Origin: a virus
Virus record (IMG/VR): IMGVR_UViG_3300017643_000011
Coordinates: 1 to 45,908 of that record
Length of the DNA: 45,908 nt
Strand: one strand, 5' to 3'
Shown: piece by piece, positions 8,059-15,548 of the stretch
Position numbering within the stretch: the stretch's first letter is position 1
Layout: each line of letters opens with the position of its first letter
The notes under the pieces: generated by a model
What the model saw: the letters and a program-made list of their open reading frames with translations, nothing else
Told to the model about the DNA's origin: nothing
Database searches by the model: none
Made by a program: the position numbers and the translations under genes

Positions 8059-8397
8059 ATGCATACAGTCCAAGCTTACATAGGCCACAACGTGCACGAC
8101 GTACCGACTCTCTCAACGCGCGAGGTATGCGACGCGGTAGAGAAGGGACTGAACGCCCGGCCTATCCTCGCGCCGGCCTACACGACCCAGGACGCGCGGG
8201 GCATGTGGCAGGGCGTGGCCGAGGACACGACGATCGTGACGCTTGCACTACTTGAGACACGCGACACACTGAACGCGGCCCTCGACCTCGTGCAAGACGT
8301 GTGCGACGCGTGCGAGCAAGACGCGGTGCTGGTAGTGGTAGACGGCTCCTCACAGCTCATAGAGGCCACACGCAAGCCCATGAAGAAAGCACTCTAG
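8059..8397 (+). CDS. hypothetical protein (island 2, gene 1)
   Basis: ATG 8059 preceded by GGAG. The upstream ATG at 8026 lies inside an operator repeat. No family recognised. Confidence 0.55.
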   Translation: MHTVQAYIGHNVHDVPTLSTREVCDAVEKGLNARPILAPAYTTQDARGMWQGVAEDTTIVTLALLETRDTLNAALDLVQDVCDACEQDAVLVVVDGSSQLIEATRKPMKKAL

Positions 8398-8412
8398 AGA
8401 GAGAAGGACATC

Positions 8413-8805
8413 ATGTACGACTATGAAGCAAGCCGCCCGTACTGTAGCGAACAATTGACCGGACGCGCCGCAACCCGATTCTATCGCGCAACAAGTGCTT
8501 ACGACCTTGCCACGAGGATCAAGGAAACGCCGCTGGAGTCCGACGTAAGAGCCGCGCGCGACTTGCTTGACCGTGTGACGCGCTACGCGCTTGCAGAAGG
8601 CCGTGCGTGCGAGGTCGACAACGACTCTAGCCGATACGACGAAGCACGAAGCAAGCACACGGAAGACCTGCTAGCAAAACGCCGCGCGCGTCTTGTGGCA
8701 GAACTCACGGCGTACGGCGCAACGCTGGAAGACTACGGAGTCTATCCGTCAGTGATTGACGCCACGACGCATCAAGACTTGTATGCCATTCATTTCTACG
8801 ATTGA
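8413..8805 (+). CDS. hypothetical protein (island 2, gene 2)
   Basis: 130-aa ORF with SD GAGAGAAGGA upstream. No family recognised. Confidence 0.6.
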   Translation: MYDYEASRPYCSEQLTGRAATRFYRATSAYDLATRIKETPLESDVRAARDLLDRVTRYALAEGRACEVDNDSSRYDEARSKHTEDLLAKRRARLVAELTAYGATLEDYGVYPSVIDATTHQDLYAIHFYD

Positions 8806-8900
8806 TGCATTGTAGACGACTATGGAAGTTACGTTATTGATAGTTGGCTATCTATTGGGCGGATTGGGCATGTGGTGGAGCCTCAAGGGAGAGAAATAAG

Positions 8901-9578
8901 ATGTTCGATATCAACGCATCAAGTTTCAAGCCGATTAAGTCTGTGGCCGGACTTTGTAGTTGCGAGAACCGTCCGATATACGACACGATCGCGCTTCTCG
9001 TGCGCGACGGTTCGGCCATGTGGTGGGGCGGTAGTCCCTACATACAGGCGCGCGCCATTCTCACCGGCAAGCTGAAAGACGAACCGGACACGTTTCACAG
9101 GTACGACGCCAACACACTATTGTCAGTACTCAAGCCAAAGTCGCACATGACAATCACGGACGCCGGGGACATCGAGATTCGTACCGGCGCTAGCGTCGTG
9201 ACTATCCCCGACACGGCCACCACCGGAACAACGGGCCACGACTACCGGACCACTGACAAGGCCCTTGAGTTCTGGGGAACGAGTCGCGAGATTGACGGTG
9301 TGCCCGCCTATGACCCGAAGATTCTCGCCAAGGTCATGAAAGCACTCACTAGTGCCGGCGTGACGCGCACGTCGATTGATCTGATACATTCCCCAGCGCA
9401 CGTGTACGGAGAAGCGTATCGCGTGGGCGCGCGCTTGCAGATTCTCATGATGCCATGCCAAGCGCTTCCACTGACATATGAGGCCATGGGCCGCCTCATG
9501 TGCGACATCAAGGGCGACAGCAAGGGCATCACCGACTACGTGACGCGAGAGGATGATACGAAAAATGATAATTTCTGA
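8901..9578 (+). CDS. hypothetical protein, possibly sliding-clamp-like fold (island 2, gene 3)
   Basis: ATG 8901 after AAGGGAGAG. The sequence pattern (N-terminal 'F.I....F...I..V', 'RPIYDTIALLV', C-terminal 'LQILMMP') loosely recalls DnaN-type beta-clamp domains. Recall by eye only. Confidence 0.55.
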   Translation: MFDINASSFKPIKSVAGLCSCENRPIYDTIALLVRDGSAMWWGGSPYIQARAILTGKLKDEPDTFHRYDANTLLSVLKPKSHMTITDAGDIEIRTGASVVTIPDTATTGTTGHDYRTTDKALEFWGTSREIDGVPAYDPKILAKVMKALTSAGVTRTSIDLIHSPAHVYGEAYRVGARLQILMMPCQALPLTYEAMGRLMCDIKGDSKGITDYVTREDDTKNDNF

Positions 9579-9897
9579 CCCGTGGGGCATAGGCCGGACG
9601 CTTGAGGACAAAGAGACGGAAATCAAGGACCTAACCACGTACGACCTCGCACGTAAGTGTGGGCTACCGGACGACGCCGCCCGGTTCGTGGACGAATGGC
9701 TACCGGAGTATCGCGCGACTCTGACTTTGTACCTCGCCTATTGGCCCTACTCGTGGCTTACGATCGCAGTCATGGATGATAAAGAGTTGAACGATTGGCT
9801 TGCATGCTATCCAATTACGCGCGAAAAGTTCGAGGAAGAGCGCGGATCGATCTACGAGGACGCGAGCTTTATAGGCCATTTGGTGATAGGGAAATGA
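9553..9897 (+). CDS. hypothetical protein (island 2, gene 4)
   Basis: 114-aa ORF overlapping the previous gene by 26 nt. Alternative ATG at 9565. Confidence 0.5.
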   Translation: MIRKMIISDPWGIGRTLEDKETEIKDLTTYDLARKCGLPDDAARFVDEWLPEYRATLTLYLAYWPYSWLTIAVMDDKELNDWLACYPITREKFEEERGSIYEDASFIGHLVIGK

Positions 9898-9898
9898 C

Positions 9899-10237
9899 AT
9901 GAGAAGCGACTGGTACGAGGGATTTTCGATTGTTGACCCGGACAACGGGGAACAGGTAAGCATGTACAGGGTCTACGAGCGCGACGAACCTATTGGCATC
10001 CGACGCCACGGACACACAAAATGGTATCGCACAACGTATTCCAGAAAGTCACTTATCAAGGTGAACAAGACGTGCATATCGACCTGCTCACAATCCGAAT
10101 TATTTGAGTTTCTTTCCGACCTATGCACACCACGTGGCGCGTTCCGGTTCATCCGCGCGATATGCGAGCACACAAAGCCCACGCGTTGCCCGATCCTACC
10201 CGAATACCTTACAAACTACCCCGAACTTGGAGAATAA
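9899..10237 (+). CDS. hypothetical protein (island 2, gene 5)
   Basis: 112-aa ORF starting 1 nt after the previous stop. Confidence 0.55.
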   Translation: MRSDWYEGFSIVDPDNGEQVSMYRVYERDEPIGIRRHGHTKWYRTTYSRKSLIKVNKTCISTCSQSELFEFLSDLCTPRGAFRFIRAICEHTKPTRCPILPEYLTNYPELGE

Positions 10238-10238
10238 G

Positions 10239-10457
10239 ATGTCTAAGAACGTAATGTCTCCCGACAAGCTACCCGCCTATTTCAATAGCACCGACGGCTG
10301 GTACAAGGACAAGCGCGCCTACGCCTACACGCTCTGTGACCGACTCACCGACGCACAGAAGACGAAACTGCTCGAGAACGAGGACGTACGTCTCATAACC
10401 TGCCACCATCGCTACGCGCCGGAACTGGTATATGATGTCGTTGTCGTTCTCCATTAA
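10239..10457 (+). CDS. hypothetical protein (island 2, gene 6)
   Basis: ATG 10239 after GGAGAATAAG, 1 nt after the previous stop. 72 aa. Confidence 0.55.
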   Translation: MSKNVMSPDKLPAYFNSTDGWYKDKRAYAYTLCDRLTDAQKTKLLENEDVRLITCHHRYAPELVYDVVVVLH

Positions 10458-10487
10458 GATAGCCAAACGGACGAGGGAGAATTCATT

Positions 10488-10559
10488 ATGATTTACATTC
10501 TGATATCAATCCTGCTGTTTCCCCTTGCGGTCATTGTAGGTATCCTCAAGTCGCACTAG
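10488..10559 (+). CDS. possible 23-aa hydrophobic peptide (MIYILISILLFPLAVIVGILKSH)
   Basis: ATG preceded by GAGGGAGA. One predicted TM-length hydrophobic stretch. It is the last ORF before the terminator and too short to be certain. Confidence 0.3.
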   Translation: MIYILISILLFPLAVIVGILKSH

Positions 10560-10587
10560 CAAATAAGAAAGTTAACCACATACCGTA

Positions 10588-10627
10588 GAAAAAGACCCGC
10601 TAGGCAAACGCCCGGCGGGTCTTTTCG
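10588..10627 (+). terminator. rho-independent terminator closing the plus-strand operon (bidirectional shape)
   Basis: AAAAAGACCCGC...GCGGGTCTTTTCG: GC stem flanked by an A-run and a T-run. Confidence 0.6.
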
Positions 10628-10826
10628 TGTGAAAATGGCCCTCGTTGATCCACGGAGGGCCGTTTTCGGGCCGTTCTAAGGCATTCTAAGCCCTCGGGAG
10701 TGCCATTATGGACAATCCCACCACATAGGCCCATACGTGGCGTGAAAATGGCCTCAGAACGTCACAAAGTGGCATCCTCATGCCTCACGGATAGCCCACG
10801 AGACCACCAGACGCCACGAGGGCCAC

Positions 10827-10862
10827 GAAAAAGCCCCTCGCGACCATGAGGCCACGAGGGGC
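10827..10862 (-). terminator. rho-independent terminator directly after terS
   Basis: Minus strand reads GCCCCTCG-(14 nt)-CGAGGGGC followed by TTTTTC, beginning 10 nt after the terS stop. Confidence 0.55.
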
Positions 10863-10872
10863 GAGGGCTACG

Positions 10873-11922
10873 CTAGCGGGCCTTGCGCGGTCCCGTCTTG
10901 AGGGCGGGCACGCCCTTGTTCGTCATGCGCACGGTACCGTCTGGTAGCACGTGCGGCTCGTGGCCCATGAGGGCCTCAAGGTCCGCCAACTGCGAGGGCG
11001 TGGCGGCGCGTCCCGCGTCCGGGAGTATGCGCGCCACGGCCGCACGGACGGCCGCGTTGGCGGCGCGCTCCCGGTTGGTCCACGACATCGCCGCCCATTC
11101 CTCGGTCGGGACGTCCAGGGGGCGGCCCGTCCTCGCGTCTATCCCGAAGCGTTCCGCGTATTCGCCGGCCGTTCCCACCGTCTTCCGGTGGGATCGCCGC
11201 GTATTCGCCGGCTTTCGGGCGGTATTCGCCGGCTTCCGGGCGGTATTCGCCGGGTCTTTTCCGGTATTCGCCGGATATTCGCCGGGCTTTTCCCCACGTT
11301 CGCCCGTATTTGCCAGGCCCGGGGCGGTATTCGCCGGCATCGGGGCCTCGTATTCGCCGGCCTCGTATTCGCCGGCCTCCTCGGCGGGGACCTCCACGCG
11401 GACGTCCTCGGCAGGGAGGGCCGACGCGTACCTCGCCATGATCTGCGCGGGCGAGCGGGACTCGGACCCCTGTATCTGCACGTTGATGTTCTCGGTCGTG
11501 TCCTTGTAGCCGAAGTTGTTCTTGCCTAGGAATATGCCCGTGACCGGGTTGCGGAACTCGTCGTTGGCGAAGGCGTACTCCCAGTAGGTTGACATAAGAT
11601 TGAGTGCGTTTTTGATGATAAGGCTGGACTCGGGCGTAAGCTGGGCGGCCCATGTGCCCGTGTTGTCCCCGTTGGTCCAGCGCATGAGGCCGTCCCTCGT
11701 CGTGTTCAGCGCCATGCAGAACCCGCTCAGCAGCGGCTTGCTCCCGTGCCTCTCGCACAGGTCGAGGTACCAGTCTATCCTCTCCCGCACCGCGTCGGCG
11801 TCACCCAGATCGACCCTCCTCAACCCCAACAGCTCTCGGCCCATCTGGATGCACTCGCTGTTCTGCTCCCTGCTCATGGCCCTCGCGTTCGGCGGGTTCC
11901 CCTTCAGACTCCTCTCGCCCAT
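10873..11922 (-). CDS. terS: terminase small subunit with long repeat-containing C-terminal extension
   Basis: The N-terminal 170 aa show TerS (Terminase_2-type) features: 'KPLLSGFCMALNTTRDGLMRW' HTH and 'GIFLGKNNFGYKDTTE'. The C-terminal part contains the GEY/PANT repeats. Confidence 0.8.
   Translation of the reverse strand: MGERSLKGNPPNARAMSREQNSECIQMGRELLGLRRVDLGDADAVRERIDWYLDLCERHGSKPLLSGFCMALNTTRDGLMRWTNGDNTGTWAAQLTPESSLIIKNALNLMSTYWEYAFANDEFRNPVTGIFLGKNNFGYKDTTENINVQIQGSESRSPAQIMARYASALPAEDVRVEVPAEEAGEYEAGEYEAPMPANTAPGLANTGERGEKPGEYPANTGKDPANTARKPANTARKPANTRRSHRKTVGTAGEYAERFGIDARTGRPLDVPTEEWAAMSWTNRERAANAAVRAAVARILPDAGRAATPSQLADLEALMGHEPHVLPDGTVRMTNKGVPALKTGPRKAR
11169..11386. repeat. 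array of about 10 copies of GTATTCGCCGG inside terS, mostly 21-bp phased
   Basis: Copies start at 11169, 11212, 11233, 11254, 11275, 11287 (variant), 11317 (variant), 11338, 11361 and 11376. Confidence 0.9.
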
Positions 11923-12256
11923 GTCGTGTCTCCTCTCTCGTTCGTTGCGTTATGCGTTCACACGAGATGTGGGTGCAGTCTCGTCAAAACTCCCTATCCT
12001 CTTTCTATATATATATTTTTCTCTTTGCTAGGCTCAACAGTAGGACTTCGTTGGAAGTTGCACCGGTAGAGTGTTTCTCATGGGTACTCACCAGGCCTTT
12101 CGTTCTTCAAAAGTGGGTGCATTGAGGTCACACCCCGGCTGCACCCCAAACACCCTCGGAACGCTTCGAAGTCGCTTCGGCGTCGGTCGATTCGTTTCGC
12201 CACGGTCGTCCGGGTGATTTGGGTGCTCGGGTGGTGTATTTTGCGAGCACCCCACT

Positions 12257-13840
12257 TTATGCACTCTGGCTCTCGTTCAATGCAATATCGGCAAGCATCC
12301 GCGTTCCCCGGACGATCTTCTGCCGAACCCTGTGCTCTTCCAGGGTCTCGTAGAAGGCTCCCGCGGTGAACGGTTTCGTGTCCTCCTTGCGACACCAGGA
12401 GAGGTACGTCTCGTATATGGCGGTGCGAGGCGTCCTCGCACCCCTCTCGCATCGGGTGCGCTCCGAGAGGAAGCGTCCCACCGGGTCCTGTGCCTGCTTC
12501 CACTCGGCGGTCGCGTCGGCGACGCAGGCAGGCTCGGGCAGGCCGTGGCGCTCGTAGGACACCGCGCCCTGGATCATCCACCACAGCACGTAGCGCAGCA
12601 CGTCGTGGCGCGACAGGCGGCGCTTCAGCCCCGGGTCGGCGTCGGCCTCGTGGTGGTTGTCGCAGCGCATGACCCTCACGCGGTTGGCGGTGAAGAGTGT
12701 CGTGTCCGTGACCCTGGGGAGCGTGTTGCAGGAGAGCCACATGGTGAAGCGCGGGACCTTGCGGACGGGACGGCTGTAGAGGGCGCGGACGAGCAGCGTG
12801 TCGCCGCCCGTGTAGGCCTTGACCGCCGCCACGTCCACGTGGCTGCCCTTCGTCGGCTCGGAGAGCGTCACGAGGCGCTCGTCCACCACCGAGGCCATCT
12901 TCGGCTGCGCCGACTCCGTGTCGTGCGCCCCCTCGCGGCCCACGAGCGTGACGAACGAGGCATCGAGGGGACCTGCGTAGGCACCGAGGGCGTGCTCCAC
13001 CGTCGTGGTGAGGACGCCCTTGCCGTTGCGCCCCGTGGGGCCGTAGAGGACGAACATCTTCTCCTCGGGGTTGTCGCCGCGCAGGGAGAGGCCCATCGCC
13101 ACCTGGAGCCAGCCGGCCTTCGCCCCGTCGCCCTGCGTGAGGTCGCGCACGAAGTCGAGCCACGGACCGGGGTCGGCCCAGTCGCTGATGTCGTGGTCAT
13201 CGCCGCCGGAGTCCGGCCGCACGCCCGTGTCGAGGCGGCACAGGTCCTCGGGCCTGGTCATGCGCCACTCCCCCGTGCGCAGGTCGTAGAGCCTCCCGTG
13301 GCAGTTGAGCGAGAGCGGGTCGGCGTCGAACCCCGTCACGGCCATGGTCACGTCGTCCGAGAAGGAGGACATGAGGTTGCGTATCTTGGTGATGGAGCCG
13401 TAGGCGTCGAGGCCCTTGGCCCAGTCCTTGAGTTCGGTCGCGTCTGGGCCGCCCTCCAGGGCGTCCGTCGCCATGTGGATGCGCAGGGCCGCGATCAGGG
13501 CCTTGGCCCTCTCCGACACCTCGCCTCCGCCCACGTCGGCGACCCACGTGCCGGAGCCGTCGCGGCACCAGACGTACCACATCCTCTCGTCGGGGCACCA
13601 GCGGGTCCACGCGCCCCACACCTGGCACATGAGGGTGCCGAGGCCCACGTCGTTCGCGGGGTAGTCGACGGCCCTGGCGGGGAGGCGCAGGGGCCGTATC
13701 GCGTCGAGCGCGTCGAGCGCGTAGCCGACCTCGCCCCCTATGGCGGGCGTCCCGTAGACGTCGGTCAGGGCGTCGGGCAGGGCGTGGCCCAGGTCCGGGT
13801 CGTAGGTGTCGGTCCTCAGCCACTCGTCGTCGCAGGCCAT
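12257..13840 (-). CDS. SF3 replicative helicase (D5 / P4 primase C-terminal type)
   Basis: Walker A 'LYGPTGRNGKGV' and Walker B-like 'RLVTLSEP'. ATG 13840 forms an ATGA overlap with the upstream gene. Confidence 0.85.
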   Translation of the reverse strand: MACDDEWLRTDTYDPDLGHALPDALTDVYGTPAIGGEVGYALDALDAIRPLRLPARAVDYPANDVGLGTLMCQVWGAWTRWCPDERMWYVWCRDGSGTWVADVGGGEVSERAKALIAALRIHMATDALEGGPDATELKDWAKGLDAYGSITKIRNLMSSFSDDVTMAVTGFDADPLSLNCHGRLYDLRTGEWRMTRPEDLCRLDTGVRPDSGGDDHDISDWADPGPWLDFVRDLTQGDGAKAGWLQVAMGLSLRGDNPEEKMFVLYGPTGRNGKGVLTTTVEHALGAYAGPLDASFVTLVGREGAHDTESAQPKMASVVDERLVTLSEPTKGSHVDVAAVKAYTGGDTLLVRALYSRPVRKVPRFTMWLSCNTLPRVTDTTLFTANRVRVMRCDNHHEADADPGLKRRLSRHDVLRYVLWWMIQGAVSYERHGLPEPACVADATAEWKQAQDPVGRFLSERTRCERGARTPRTAIYETYLSWCRKEDTKPFTAGAFYETLEEHRVRQKIVRGTRMLADIALNESQSA

Positions 13841-14073
13841 CAGTCGGTTCCTCCCTGTCCGCTCGCGGCGAGGGCGAACCCGATGTAGTCGGCCGCCTTC
13901 ATGAGGTCGACGTCGGCCCCCTTGTGTCCCTCTCGCCACATATATTTGATGACGGTCCCCTTGCACCAGCCCCGGAACTCCTCGGGCGTCAGCGCGGCGC
14001 GGATCGCGTCCTTGCACTCGATGTCGCCGTGGCAGTATCTGGCCGGACGGTCCCCGGCATAGGTGTCAGCCAT
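13840..14073 (-). CDS. DUF3310-like phage protein
   Basis: 77 aa. 'GTVIKYMWREGHKGADVDLMKAADY' matches the remembered DUF3310 pattern. Confidence 0.55.
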   Translation of the reverse strand: MADTYAGDRPARYCHGDIECKDAIRAALTPEEFRGWCKGTVIKYMWREGHKGADVDLMKAADYIGFALAASGQGGTD

Positions 14074-14350
14074 CGTTCCTCCCCTTCCCGTGCGTCAGGT
14101 AGTATGCGTGGGAGGCGACGGTGCGGGGCGTGGTGCCCCATCGCCTCGCCACGGCTTCCACGAGGTCGAGGAGGGCCTTGTCCCTCGCGTCGTCCCAGCG
14201 GAACCTCCCCCAGCCCGTCCTCTCCCTCAGCTCCTGCGAGACCGCGCCCACCGTGCGCTCGCTGCATCCCATGGCCCTCGCCACGGCCGCGGGCGGGTTG
14301 CCGTCCAGCAGGAGCCGGGTGATCCTCCCGCGGTCGTACCGCCTAGTCAT
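14066..14350 (-). CDS. HTH DNA-binding protein (sigma-70 region 4 / LuxR-like HTH)
   Basis: 'PPAAVARAMGCSERTVGAVSQELRER'. 94 aa. Confidence 0.5.
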   Translation of the reverse strand: MTRRYDRGRITRLLLDGNPPAAVARAMGCSERTVGAVSQELRERTGWGRFRWDDARDKALLDLVEAVARRWGTTPRTVASHAYYLTHGKGRNDG

Positions 14351-14564
14351 CGGTCGCCACTCCGACGGCCGGGTCCGGGGTGTGCATGTGCTGCCTCGTC
14401 ATCTCGTCCACGAAGGCCGCGGCCTCGCCTTGGGAGAACACGATCGAGTACTCGGCGTAGGCCGAGCAGAACCTCACGCACGCCTCCGTCAGCCCCTTGG
14501 TCGCGTCCTCCCGCATGTGCCTTATCATGGTGTCCCTCAGCGAGTCGAACCCCATCTCGTCCAT
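14343..14564 (-). CDS. hypothetical protein
   Basis: 73-aa ORF with GGGAGGAACC SD; overlaps the downstream gene by 8 nt. Confidence 0.5.
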   Translation of the reverse strand: MDEMGFDSLRDTMIRHMREDATKGLTEACVRFCSAYAEYSIVFSQGEAAAFVDEMTRQHMHTPDPAVGVATDD

Positions 14565-14640
14565 GGTTCCTCCCGTCCGGTTCTGACACGTTCCGAACCG
14601 ATTGTATGTTTGATGTCAGTTGGTTTCACGTTCTATTCAT

Positions 14641-14988
14641 TCAGCACAGCCCGTACCTCTTGACCTGCTCCTTCGCTTTATCAAAGTCGCAATTTGTCTC
14701 AACCAGCGCCCGCTTGCATTCGACCATGGGCGCATCCGTCGCGTCGCGGAGGCGTCGCACCATGTCGGCCGTGACGCGCATCAACGCCCCCTTGTTCCAT
14801 GCGTCGATGGCTGCGATTGCTCCGGGGTTCTCGATGGTCCAGTTCAACGAGTCACTCTTTGTGATCGGGCCGCGCGCCCCGCACCTCGGGCAGCAGACGT
14901 AGAACCTCAGCGGTTCCCCGAAGATGCCTCGGACGACCACCTCGTCGTTGCCGCAGAAGCGGCACGCCCCTCGTTCCGTCGCGGGCAC
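14641..14988 (-). CDS. Lar-like zinc-ribbon (restriction alleviation family) fused to EF-Ts N-terminal (UBA-like) domain
   Basis: GTG 14988 after GGAGG. 'CRFCGN...CCPRCGARG...AIDAWNKG' resembles the Lar family. The C-terminal 'TADMVRRLRDATDAPMVECKRALVETNCDFDKAKEQVKRYG' aligns by eye with E. coli EF-Ts residues about 4-45. Confidence 0.6.
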   Translation of the reverse strand: MPATERGACRFCGNDEVVVRGIFGEPLRFYVCCPRCGARGPITKSDSLNWTIENPGAIAAIDAWNKGALMRVTADMVRRLRDATDAPMVECKRALVETNCDFDKAKEQVKRYGLC

Positions 14989-14989
14989 G

Positions 14990-15247
14990 TCACTCGCCTC
15001 CCAGCGTCTTCTCGGCCCTGAGCAGCAGGGCGCGGGCCTCGGAAATCGAACGCCTGAGCTGCGTCGGCAGGATTCCACGGCCGCGATCCAGAGTGCCGCT
15101 CGTCGGTGCGTAGGACATCCGGCGCGCCTCCGCGACGTCGGCGAGCGAGGACGCCCGAACTGCCACGTCCGTGGTCAGCTCGGACGCGAGACCCAGCAGG
15201 TCCCGCGCCTCCCTCGCACGGACGCAGAACGGCCTGTCATCCCTCAT
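14990..15247 (-). CDS. hypothetical protein
   Basis: Internal ATG 15247 (MRDDRPF...) overlapping the upstream stop. Compact operon context. Confidence 0.4.
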   Translation of the reverse strand: MRDDRPFCVRAREARDLLGLASELTTDVAVRASSLADVAEARRMSYAPTSGTLDRGRGILPTQLRRSISEARALLLRAEKTLGGE

Positions 15248-15500
15248 GGCTCTCTCCCCTCGTCCCGGCGGCACCGTCCGTGGCCACGGCAATGCGAGGT
15301 TCCCCGTACAGCGGCACCCACCTCACTTGCAGGAGCATGTAATGGCCGCAGCGCGGGCACTGCATCCACCAGGTAGCGTCGTGCGGATCGTCTCCCGGAA
15401 ACCTCATGGCCGGGTCCTGGGTATCCCTCTCCTCCACGTCGAGCCTCGCCCCGCAATGCGGGCAGCGGACGTCGGGGAACAATCTGTCTGTTGCGATCAT
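15237..15500 (-). CDS. zinc-ribbon protein
   Basis: 'CPHCG...CPRCG'. 87 aa. Confidence 0.55.
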   Translation of the reverse strand: MIATDRLFPDVRCPHCGARLDVEERDTQDPAMRFPGDDPHDATWWMQCPRCGHYMLLQVRWVPLYGEPRIAVATDGAAGTRGESHEG

Positions 15501-15548
15501 GATATCAATCCTCTCACCATCTGTTCCAGTCTCCTGGTAGGTCTATCC

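Noticed and set aside
10628-10826. Small ORFs or an RNA gene in the 310-bp gap downstream of terS (duplicated GTGAAAATGGCC at about 10629 and 10741; hairpin GGCCCTC...GAGGGCC at about 10636-10668)
   Set aside because: The possible ORFs are under 20 codons without an SD. The repeats are short and I cannot assign a structure or function. This remains an unexplained non-coding spacer.
11169-11386. Repeat array considered as a CRISPR array
   Set aside because: The units are only 11 bp with 4-32 bp irregular gaps, they lie inside a continuous terS reading frame, and there are no spacers of uniform length and no cas genes.
12078-13163. 361-aa minus-strand ORF overlapping the helicase gene out of frame and extending into the intergenic region
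   Set aside because: Its product is Arg/Pro/Gly-rich, while the in-frame helicase has Walker motifs. The 12078-12256 part is better explained as non-coding regulatory DNA.
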